64,000 bases of DNA, taken from Candidatus Saccharimonadales bacterium. GTDB lineage: Bacteria > Patescibacteriota > Saccharimonadia > Saccharimonadales > EFPC-124. Position 1 is the stretch's first letter. Every line of letters starts with the position of its first letter. Under the pieces are notes generated by a model that ran no database searches, was not told where the DNA came from, and saw only the letters and a list, made by a program, of their open reading frames with translations. The DNA is taken from assembly GCA_035280845.1 (NCBI GenBank), contig DATEFB010000002.1, positions 61,183 through 125,182 on the forward strand, written 5' to 3'. Position numbers and translations under genes: made by a program. Below are positions 9,068 through 17,100 of the stretch, piece after piece.

Positions 9068-10120
9068 CTATCGGGTCACGCTTTTTACAAACGAGACGGT
9101 GGCATCCAGCGCCTTCTTCCCGTCTTCCGTATCCAGATTGAACTGGTACTCGTGGGGTAGCGACGGTTGGTGCGAATCTTCGTAAAACAGCCTCGTCACC
9201 TTAACGCCCAACGACTCCAGCTTATCTGCCAGCGGCATGGACTGCACTTTTGTAAGCGGGTCGCCATTGCCGCCGGTTATGTAGGTGGCCGGAAACGCCT
9301 TGGTAACATGGTAATACGCCGACATCTGCGAAAGGGTGGCCGCGGCAGTAAAGTCACGTGTCCCAAGGTACGCCCAAACGCTGACGTCATCGCCCCAACC
9401 GACTATTTTAGGCAGGGTAGGGTCTGGGTGAATGAGCTCTTCCATCTTATAAATGCCGCAGTTGAGCACGACGCCCTTTAATTGCGCCGGGGTGAGTTTT
9501 GGTGCAATGCCCACGCCACTGGCGTAACCGGGGTTGGTAATAAGCGCGGCCATCTGGCTGGAGAGTTGCGAGCCGGCAGAATCGCCCGCCAGCACAATCT
9601 TGCTGGTATCTGCATGAAGCCTGTCGGCGTTGGCCTGAACGTACGTGTACGCGTCGTTTAACTGGTGAACTGCCGTAGGATACGTTTTTTCAGGCCCGAG
9701 CGAGTAGCCAACCGAGATCACTACGAACCCTTCTGCCGCAAGCAGCTTGTAGTAGGTGGCGTAATTGTTTTTGCTGCCAGAGATCCAGGCGCCGCCGTGC
9801 GTCCAGATAACAACTGGTAGTTTTGCGGTTGTGTCCTTTGCAGTGGCTGGGAAGTAAACGTCTAGAAACGCGTCGGGGTCATTGCTGCGGTATTGTTGGT
9901 TGGTTATGGCATCCACCGCCACAGCAGGCTGATGCTTCTGAAGGGCTGTCGTTGCCTTGGTGGCATCCTGCCCAAAGACGTACCGGATGACCATCGCTCC
10001 TGGCCATGGGCTCAATTTAAAGGCGAGCAGCGTAATGATAATGATGCCCGCCACAGCGCCACTGGACCACAGGAATAGTTTTTTACGGTAGAAAGGCTGG
10101 TGTTTTGTTTGTTTTTTCAA
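9068..10120 (-). CDS. Alpha/beta hydrolase (esterase/lipase, HGG class) with an N-terminal membrane anchor
   Basis: 350 aa with the HGGAW oxyanion motif, the GDSAG nucleophile elbow and an N-terminal TM helix. Confidence 0.9.
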   Translation of the reverse strand: MKKQTKHQPFYRKKLFLWSSGAVAGIIIITLLAFKLSPWPGAMVIRYVFGQDATKATTALQKHQPAVAVDAITNQQYRSNDPDAFLDVYFPATAKDTTAKLPVVIWTHGGAWISGSKNNYATYYKLLAAEGFVVISVGYSLGPEKTYPTAVHQLNDAYTYVQANADRLHADTSKIVLAGDSAGSQLSSQMAALITNPGYASGVGIAPKLTPAQLKGVVLNCGIYKMEELIHPDPTLPKIVGWGDDVSVWAYLGTRDFTAAATLSQMSAYYHVTKAFPATYITGGNGDPLTKVQSMPLADKLESLGVKVTRLFYEDSHQPSLPHEYQFNLDTEDGKKALDATVSFVKSVTR

Positions 10121-10186
10121 GGAAATTCTCCTAAGTTCTTATGCTTATAATACAACAAACAAGTACCCTGTAGACGTATGATGTAG

Positions 10187-10215
10187 TTGACTTAATAATT
10201 ATAATATGTTAAAAT
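10187..10215 (+). promoter_or_regulatory. Sigma70-type promoter of high-GC island 1
   Basis: TTGACT, a 17-nt spacer, then TAAAAT, located 31 nt upstream of the ATG at 10247. It shares TTGACTTAATA with the island 2 promoter. Confidence 0.6.
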
Positions 10216-10246
10216 ATGAAAATCGTCACGACAACGAGGAGTTGCC

Positions 10247-10666
10247 ATGCCGCGTCCCACCTTCCAGGGTGTGCGTCTGATCGTCGGCAACGAGCACGAG
10301 CGTGTTCTGCGCCAGGCTCTGCCGGAAGCCCTTCGGGGCGACTTCGATTCGGGCCGCCGCCGCTACAACGGCAACATGCCCGCCATCATGGGCGACCCGC
10401 TCAACCTGGAGCTGGGCCTCTCGTGGGGCGTCCAGTACGGCCAGGGAACCATCACGGTCTGGGCCATCGACCCCAACATGAACCTGACCTACGAGCAGGT
10501 CCGTGAGTTCGAGGACCGCCACCACATCCGTGAGCACCCCCAGATCATGTTCGCCCCCCTCGCCCAGGAAGGCGACGAGCGGACGCGCGGCATCATGCAG
10601 CGCAACCACGTCACCTACCAGCACTGGGACGCTGGCCTCATCGGCCCCGGCTCCCCCAACCCGTGA
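10247..10666 (+). CDS. Hypothetical protein, high-GC island 1 (139 aa)
   Basis: This is the only frame in which nearly all third codon positions are G/C. It has a GAGGAG Shine-Dalgarno sequence, an ATG start and a TGA stop. I recognise no motif. Confidence 0.75.
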   Translation: MPRPTFQGVRLIVGNEHERVLRQALPEALRGDFDSGRRRYNGNMPAIMGDPLNLELGLSWGVQYGQGTITVWAIDPNMNLTYEQVREFEDRHHIREHPQIMFAPLAQEGDERTRGIMQRNHVTYQHWDAGLIGPGSPNP

Positions 10667-10670
10667 CGGT

Positions 10671-10703
10671 CAGGGGCGGACGAGTTCTCTCGTCTCGCCC
10701 CTG
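10671..10703 (+). terminator. GC-rich hairpin without a U tract, directly after island 1
   Basis: CAGGGGCGGACGAG-TTCTC-TCGTCTCGCCCCTG (one bulge), starting 5 nt after the stop. Confidence 0.5.
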
Positions 10704-10715
10704 CCCATCCATGTT

Positions 10716-10737
10716 CGGCCTAACAGGCCGTTTTTTG
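10716..10737 (+). terminator. Canonical rho-independent terminator
   Basis: CGGCC-TAACA-GGCCG followed by TTTTTTG. Confidence 0.75.
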
Positions 10738-10775
10738 TTGGTTCGCGCGGGGGTATCTTGCCTTATAATAGGTCT

Positions 10776-11081
10776 ATGCCGCAAAAGCGTAAGCAACATC
10801 TTGCTTTTCAATCTGAACTATTCGTGGTCTTTGGCTTGCTTTTAGCTGTATGGGGCGGCGGGGCCGTGTTTTACCATGTCGTTGAAGGTCTTAGTTACGT
10901 TGACGCAATTTATTTTACCGCCTGCACCCTTACTACTGTCGGCTACGGTGACATAACGCCAAAAACAGATGCCGGTAAGCTGTTTACCGCAGTCTACGCC
11001 TTTGTGGGCATTGGCTTTTTCTTAGGATTTGCCGCTGCTTTGTTCCAGTCTATTTCAGGTCGGCTACGTCGCAATAATTGA
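10776..11081 (+). CDS. Two-TM (KcsA-like) potassium channel
   Basis: 101 aa with the TLTTVGYGD selectivity filter between two TM helices. I trimmed the start from the track ORF (10503) to the ATG at 10776, which lies 6 nt after a TATAAT box (10764-10769). This suggests a leaderless mRNA. Confidence 0.85.
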   Translation: MPQKRKQHLAFQSELFVVFGLLLAVWGGGAVFYHVVEGLSYVDAIYFTACTLTTVGYGDITPKTDAGKLFTAVYAFVGIGFFLGFAAALFQSISGRLRRNN

Positions 11082-11113
11082 CATTTTGACGCAATTAAAG
11101 TATAATATGCGTC

Positions 11114-11386
11114 ATGATCCAATCTTTGAAGGAATTACTCACTACTTGGAATTCTGAACACGGTGAGCGCGCTAAATTGCAGCACGCATACCTGGTTATT
11201 GTTGCCCTTGGCATTGTCGCCGCTGGTCTTGTTGGCCTGATCGACGACTACGCCGGCCAGCTTCTGGTGAACGTCAGCCTTATTGCTCTTGGCGTATTCG
11301 TAGCCAATATCGTTGTCTGGGCTTTGCTCTACAGTGTCGTGGTTACCAAGCTGCCCTCGCGCAAAAACGGCAACGGCCGCAAATAA
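11114..11386 (+). CDS. Hypothetical 2-TM membrane protein
   Basis: 90-aa ORF with two hydrophobic helices. Confidence 0.55.
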   Translation: MIQSLKELLTTWNSEHGERAKLQHAYLVIVALGIVAAGLVGLIDDYAGQLLVNVSLIALGVFVANIVVWALLYSVVVTKLPSRKNGNGRK

Positions 11387-11476
11387 TCTACCCACCCCAG
11401 TAGAAAATATCCCGTAAACAAGCGGGATATTTTAGTGCTACTTGACAATGCATAGTACCTTGTATAACATACTAGC

Positions 11477-11824
11477 ATGACAGCACAGACACCAAAAGAG
11501 TACGCCGATCAGGTGAGCACGCAAATGCGCAAAGGTTTTTTGGTGTACTGCGTGCTGATGATTTGCAGTAAAGGAGAAATGTACAGCTCGGATATCATCC
11601 AGGAGCTGCGCGACACGTCGTTTGTGGTCGTAGAAGGTACTATGTACCCGCTGCTAAACCGCCTACAAAAAGATGGCCTGCTTCTGCACGACTGGAAAGA
11701 GTCACCCAGTGGGCCGCCACGCAAATATTACCGCATTAGTCCAGGCGGCCATGACGTTTTGCATGAGTTAAAGCACATGACCCAACAGTTTCAAATAGTA
11801 ATGACCAACCTAGAGAAAGAGTAG
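11477..11824 (+). CDS. PadR-family transcriptional regulator
   Basis: 115 aa. EGTMYPLLNRLQKDGLL...PPRKYYRISPGG is the PadR winged-helix signature. Confidence 0.85.
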   Translation: MTAQTPKEYADQVSTQMRKGFLVYCVLMICSKGEMYSSDIIQELRDTSFVVVEGTMYPLLNRLQKDGLLLHDWKESPSGPPRKYYRISPGGHDVLHELKHMTQQFQIVMTNLEKE

Positions 11825-11825
11825 T

Positions 11826-12887
11826 ATGAACAAAATCACCCAAATACACTTGGCAAAAGTACCCTATGCCATCGAACCTGGCGCCGAGCAAGAACTCAGC
11901 GCCTATCTGCAAGCCGTCCGCTCTAAAGTAGACGCCGATACTGCGAGCGAAGTTATGGTAGATATTGAGCTGCGCATTACCGAGCTGCTTGCAAGCCGCG
12001 GCATTAAGAAGGGCGACGTCATCACCACCCCTGATGTCCAGGCAGTCAAAGAGCAACTGGGTGCGCCCGAGCAATTTGCCGATACTCAGCCAGAAGCTGT
12101 GCCAGTCACCCCAACCAGCAAGAGGCGCTGGGGCCTGCCGGGCGCGCTCGCACTCGTTGGGCTGCTTGTGGTGGGATTTGTCTTTTGGGCAAACACGTTG
12201 CCGTTAAATTCCGAACCGCAGAGGCAGGCCTACCAGCAGTCAATCCAAAAGCTTCAAGTGAACGTAGATAGCGGTCATGTAGAAATTAAGGCTGGTGCCA
12301 CCGACGAGATTATTATTGAGCGCACCCTCATGTGGACTGGCGCAAAACCAACGCTCAGCGAAACATGGAATGGCAGTACGTTGTCGGTAAAAGCTGATTG
12401 CCCTAATGAGGGTGGCTGGCTTCTCTTTCGGCGTTCGTGCGCGGTGGACTACGTGATCCATGTTCCCCGGGCGATCACCGCCGAAATATATACAGAGTCA
12501 GGGGGCGTGGATGTCACCGAAATTGATGGCGATGTTACCGTCAGGACCGAAGCCGGGAATCTCCAATTCGAGAAGTTAAAAGGCGCGCTTGTGGCTGAAT
12601 CGAAAGCTGGCACCATTGATGCCCGCGCCCTCCAGTCGGCAAAGGTTGACGCTACGTCGCACGCTGGCAACATTGACCTGCGGTTTGATGCCGCGCCAAA
12701 AGCCGTAACCGCTAAAACGCAAGCTGGTAACGCAAGCATTGGCGTGCCCAAGGGTGCTGCATACACCGTGAAGGCAGACACGCAGGCTGGCAACCGTGAA
12801 GTAGGCGTTGAACAGAATTCTGCCGCTATCCAGACAATATCTGTTGAAAGCAGTGCTGGTAACGTGTCAGTGCAGTACATAAACTAG
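11826..12887 (+). CDS. PadR-associated membrane protein with a C-terminal beta-helical repeat domain (DUF4097-like)
   Basis: 353 aa, starting 2 nt after the padR stop. It has a central TM helix and repeated xAGNIDL/TxAGNxxx units (TEAGNLQF, SKAGTIDA, SHAGNIDL, TQAGNASI, TQAGNREV, SSAGNVSV). Confidence 0.7.
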   Translation: MNKITQIHLAKVPYAIEPGAEQELSAYLQAVRSKVDADTASEVMVDIELRITELLASRGIKKGDVITTPDVQAVKEQLGAPEQFADTQPEAVPVTPTSKRRWGLPGALALVGLLVVGFVFWANTLPLNSEPQRQAYQQSIQKLQVNVDSGHVEIKAGATDEIIIERTLMWTGAKPTLSETWNGSTLSVKADCPNEGGWLLFRRSCAVDYVIHVPRAITAEIYTESGGVDVTEIDGDVTVRTEAGNLQFEKLKGALVAESKAGTIDARALQSAKVDATSHAGNIDLRFDAAPKAVTAKTQAGNASIGVPKGAAYTVKADTQAGNREVGVEQNSAAIQTISVESSAGNVSVQYIN

Positions 12888-12906
12888 AAAAAACAAATAC
12901 TATTTA

Positions 12907-12935
12907 TTGACTTAATATGCTTAATATTATATAAT
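12907..12935 (+). promoter_or_regulatory. Sigma70-type promoter of high-GC island 2
   Basis: TTGACT, a 17-nt spacer, then TATAAT, located 33 nt upstream of the GTG at 12969. Confidence 0.6.
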
Positions 12936-12968
12936 TATACAGTTCGTAGAACCCTTTTGGGAGGAACT

Positions 12969-13418
12969 GTGCGTACATTGCTCGACCGCCTCCTGAAGAG
13001 GCGAAGCGTGAGATCGTTCGTAGCAGGTGCCGCTCTGACGCCGATCAGCTTTGGAATCTTCCTGGCTCTGATCCACGGCGCGGGCCTGGCCATCTTCACT
13101 GCCAGCCTGGTACGTGGGGTCGTGATGACCCCCGTCACGTTCGTCGCCAGCAGGCGGTTCACGTGGCGCGGCCAGAACTTCATTGGCGTGTGGTGGCAGC
13201 TGCTGATTCACGTGGTCAGCCGGCCGGTGACGTTCGGGATTCACCAGGGCATCATGCTGGTCAGCCTGAGCTTCCACGTCCACTACGCCTGGAGCTACCT
13301 GATCGCCGTGAGCCTCACCGGCCTCTTCAACTTCTACTGGGGCGAGAAAGTCACTTTCTCGCCACGCTGGGCTCAGCGAAGGGCTGCCAGACTTCAACTG
13401 TCGGTCCGTCCAGCCTGA
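12969..13418 (+). CDS. GtrA-like 4-TM membrane protein, high-GC island 2
   Basis: GC3-saturated frame. The GTG start lies 4 nt after a GGGAGGA Shine-Dalgarno sequence; the track start (TTG at 12957) falls inside that Shine-Dalgarno sequence. It has four TM helices, and the two motifs SRRFTW and NFYWGEKVTF match the paired GtrA motif N(R/K)xWxF. Confidence 0.7.
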   Translation: MRTLLDRLLKRRSVRSFVAGAALTPISFGIFLALIHGAGLAIFTASLVRGVVMTPVTFVASRRFTWRGQNFIGVWWQLLIHVVSRPVTFGIHQGIMLVSLSFHVHYAWSYLIAVSLTGLFNFYWGEKVTFSPRWAQRRAARLQLSVRPA

Positions 13419-13440
13419 ACCAGCCTGAGTTCTGCGGGTG

Positions 13441-13463
13441 CCCGGGGTCCTAGTGGCCCCGGG
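13441..13463 (+). terminator. GC-rich hairpin without a U tract after island 2
   Basis: CCCGGGG-TCCTAGTGG-CCCCGGG. Confidence 0.45.
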
Positions 13464-13479
13464 ATTTCCCTTGTAATCT

Positions 13480-13499
13480 ACAGACTGCGGTCTGTTTTT
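13480..13499 (+). terminator. Canonical rho-independent terminator
   Basis: ACAGAC-TGCG-GTCTGT followed by TTTTGTGTTT. Confidence 0.75.
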
Positions 13500-13599
13500 G
13501 TGTTTAAAGCACAGCTATTTTGACCTATCTTTGATGCACGCCAGCTTGGCTTTTTTGTTCCATAAGAAAAGGCACGGCGTGGTCTGCTATGCTAGCGGT

Positions 13600-14097
13600 A
13601 TGAATCTGCATGAACCAAAGGTTCCTTTTAAAATAAAAATCATACTCGGCACTGCATTGGTGATGGTAGCTGGCATTGGTACTGGGGTGGGGTTTGGGTG
13701 GTATTCCGCGCAGCGCAGCGTTGAGCTGCCAGGGCATGTTCTGGGCGGCGCGACCTTTGACGTGCACCTGCCAAAAGAACTACCCCCAGGCTATGCGTTT
13801 GTACCAAAATCAACCGCATTAGATGAGGGCGTACTTGCATATGTTGCCACAAAAGGACGAGCGCAAATTATTTTTAGTGAACAACTTCGCCCTGCGGACA
13901 AGAAAATTGAAGATTTTCATACCGAAAACATGTCCAACCGCACAACCCTTACAAATGTGCCGCATCGGTCGGTAATAGGTGACAGCGTAACGGGTGGTCA
14001 TATCCTGAGTATCGTAACCGACACGACATGGCTGATCGTTAGCACGACCGCCGTGGATGCCGATTCAATACTACGGTTTATTGCTCAAAAGTTATAA
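13600..14097 (+). CDS. Hypothetical membrane-anchored protein
   Basis: I trimmed the track ORF to the ATG at 13600 (MNLHEPKVPFKIKIILGTALVMVAGIG...). It has one TM helix and an extracytoplasmic domain, and it ends 3 nt from the stop of the convergent giant gene. Confidence 0.6.
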   Translation: MNLHEPKVPFKIKIILGTALVMVAGIGTGVGFGWYSAQRSVELPGHVLGGATFDVHLPKELPPGYAFVPKSTALDEGVLAYVATKGRAQIIFSEQLRPADKKIEDFHTENMSNRTTLTNVPHRSVIGDSVTGGHILSIVTDTTWLIVSTTAVDADSILRFIAQKL

Positions 14098-14100
14098 CTG

Positions 14101-17100
14101 CTAACGAGCCTGTACTTGGATGATTCCGAAGCGGGGGTCCGCGACAGCGTCACCATTTAAGCCGACTACGCGCAGGTATACGTCGCCCTTGGCACCGGCC
14201 GCAATGTTCGACCAGCTGCTCACCTTTAGGCCGGTTGTACTGACGTTGTGACCAAGGCCGGTGTTACCGCTGTCTAGGTAGTTCCATGTTGCCTGGTCTG
14301 TGGAGTACTGTATGCGCACTTCGGCGCTCGCTGAGCCGGCGGTTGAAATTGATACTTGGAAGCGAATCTGCTGCGCATCTGTCAAATCATATTGCATGCG
14401 GGATGATGCAACAGGGACATCGGTTGGTGTAAAGATTTCGGTTAATGCGGCCGGCATGTTGGTCCATTGGGCCGAGGCACCATTACCATTACCACCATAA
14501 ATGGATAGGCTGGCATTGAACCCGAGGCAGTTCTTCCAGGCACCGTTCTCGTAACAGCGGAATTTGTTGCTGTTGCTGTTGTAGTACATACCACCTGTGG
14601 CACCCGTTGGGTCACCAGAGGTGTTTTTGGTGTCGAGTACAAGCAAGGCGCCCGTCGCATCGGCGGTGGGGTTGCCGATGTAGACGTACGAGTTTGTGGT
14701 ATCAGCCACCAGAATCGGTGTGCCGGCGGCGTTTACGACGCTAAAGGCACCGGTCGTGTTGTTTGAGGTGGTGACGGTGAGAACATTATTTACCGAGGCG
14801 CCGCCATTAAAGACAGCATTGCCGCTCACGTTCACGGTACCAGCGATAATGGTGTTCCCGGCTGTTAATTGGCCACCGCTACCGCCTTCGGCAAGCGTCT
14901 CGCCACCCAGGCCCACTAGGTCGAGTGATGCACCAACTTTGACACGGGTACCACTTGTGTAATACACGGTGTTGCGCTCGTCGGTGGCATCGTTACCGCC
15001 AATGTAGTATACATAGCCGTTTACATTCAGCGAACCGCCACCGCCGCGGAGTGCTGGTAGATAGCTAGTATCGACAGTCCATGTCCCGACTGACCCATCG
15101 GCGTTTAGTGGTGCGTAACGAGTTTCGTCGGTGTAGCCAGAGCCGCTGTTGGTGTTGCCACCAAGGACGTATATGTAGCCGTTCATAACGAAGGTGCGGC
15201 CCAATGCTCGGTATGCAAAGCCCGGAGCGGTGTTAGTAACAGCGGTTGCTAGGCTGCCATCGGCGTTAAACCTGCCGTAGTATAGAGTGTTTTGGCCGGC
15301 GCCTGTATTGGTTGCCTTGCCGCCAATCACGTAGAAGTATCCGTTGGCAATCGCCCACGCAAAGCTGGCGCGGTTACCCGGAATCCAATCGCTTTGCGTG
15401 GTAAAGGTGCCTAGTGTACCATCGGCGTTAATTTTGGCACGACTAACGTCATTGCTGTGTGCAACCACTGCCGCTGTGCTGTCTAAGCCGCCCGCAATGT
15501 ACAGATAGCCGTTGTGGGCAAACATAGCACCATCTCGCAGGTCGTCTGGAAGTTGCGTCGATATAGTTGTCCATGAGCTCACTACACCATCATTGCCTGG
15601 TTTACCAACATAAATGTCGTCGGATGTAGCCGCACTCGATGTGCCACCAGCCACATAAATGTAGCCGTTGTACGTGGCGGCCATAGCATCACAGCTTGTA
15701 GCTGGCATGGTAGCCGATGTACTGGCCCAGGCGCCTGTTGTGCCATCTGCGTTTAGGCGAGTATGTTGTACGGAGTTTGTGTTTGCATTGGTGATGCTGC
15801 AGCCAGTGATTACATACATATAGCCGTTCAGGTAAATGGTCGAGTTGTGCGCACCACTACGAGCGGTGATAGTGTCGCTCTCGGTTGCAAATTCGTCGAC
15901 ATGACCGGTATTGCTGCCCAAGAGTGAGGTAAAGCCTTTTGCGCTGAAGTCGCCTAATACCGATACGCCGTCGCGCAACATTGTATTACCGCTCACGTTT
16001 AATGTACCCATGATGTTGGTGTTGCCGGCTGTGAGGGCGCCACCACTTCCGCCCTCGGCTGCGTTGCCATTGGTTAGGCCAACTAGGTCAAGCCCGCCAC
16101 CAATCCGCACGCGTGAACCGGTGTTGTACCATGCTGTGTTTGTAGCTGCGCTGCCGCTATAGCCTCCTACTGCGTATATATGGCTGTTGTAGGTAAGAGC
16201 GTTAAAGTTGGATCGGTTGGCTGGCAAGGTTGTGGTGTCAGTCTGCCAGGCACCCAGGGTGCCATCGGCATTTAACTTGGCATAGTACACGGTGTTTGTA
16301 GCAGTGCTGTCGTTTTCGCCGCCAATGGCGTACAGGTAGCCATTCATAACGCCTGCGCCCAACCACGCTTTAACGGCGGGCAGAGGGCTGGTGGTAGTGC
16401 CCGGGTTGGTGACTGAACCGTCGGCATTTATTTTGCCATAGTACACATTGGTATCGTACGGCGGACCGGCGACGCCGCCGATAGCGTAGAAGTAGCCATT
16501 AGCGATCACTATGCCGGCAGAGCGATGCGTACTGCCGCTGAACCAGTTACAACCACAGTTGCCTTCGCCAATCGAGCCGTCGGCATTTATCTTGTGGTAG
16601 TAGATGCTTGGGTTGTTCATGTTCGTTTCGTACATGTAGCCGTTGTATGCAGTAATAGTAGTTTCGTCGTTGTCGTTCATAAGGATATTGGCAGTCTTCC
16701 ATTCAGTGATGGTGCCATCGACGTTTGGTTTGGCGTAGTACAGGTAGGCATTATCTGGGTCGCCAAAACCACCACCACCGTGTACGTAAATGTAACCGTT
16801 AAAGCTGGTGACTGTACCAGGCATACAAGTGGCGTTTGGAATAGTGGCAGTGGTGCCCCACGATCCAATACTGCCATCGGCGTTCAGTTTGGCATAGTAC
16901 GACGTCGTAGTGCGGGTGTCGGTGCTATCGCAGCCACCAAGGTTGTATATGTACCCGTTGACAATAGTTTGCCCCGAGCCGTACCGTGCGCTCGGCAGCG
17001 TGTCTGCGTCGGCAGTGAATGCTCCAACATGACCAGTATTGTTGCCGAGCAGATCTATTAGCGAATCGACGGTATTAACATTCATGAGGTCACCATTAGT

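Noticed and set aside
10503-10775. The N-terminal extension of the K+ channel ORF in the track (192 aa from 10503).
   Set aside because: The extension is an alternative frame of high-GC island 1 and runs across two terminator hairpins. The channel begins at the ATG at 10776, just after a TATAAT box.
13498-13599. The upstream extension of the 13498-14097 track ORF, and the similar extension at 59562-59675 of the pilin ORF.
   Set aside because: The extensions run through a terminator or promoter region and add non-hydrophobic junk before obvious N-termini (a TM anchor and the prepilin leader after a strong Shine-Dalgarno sequence). Internal ATGs were chosen instead.
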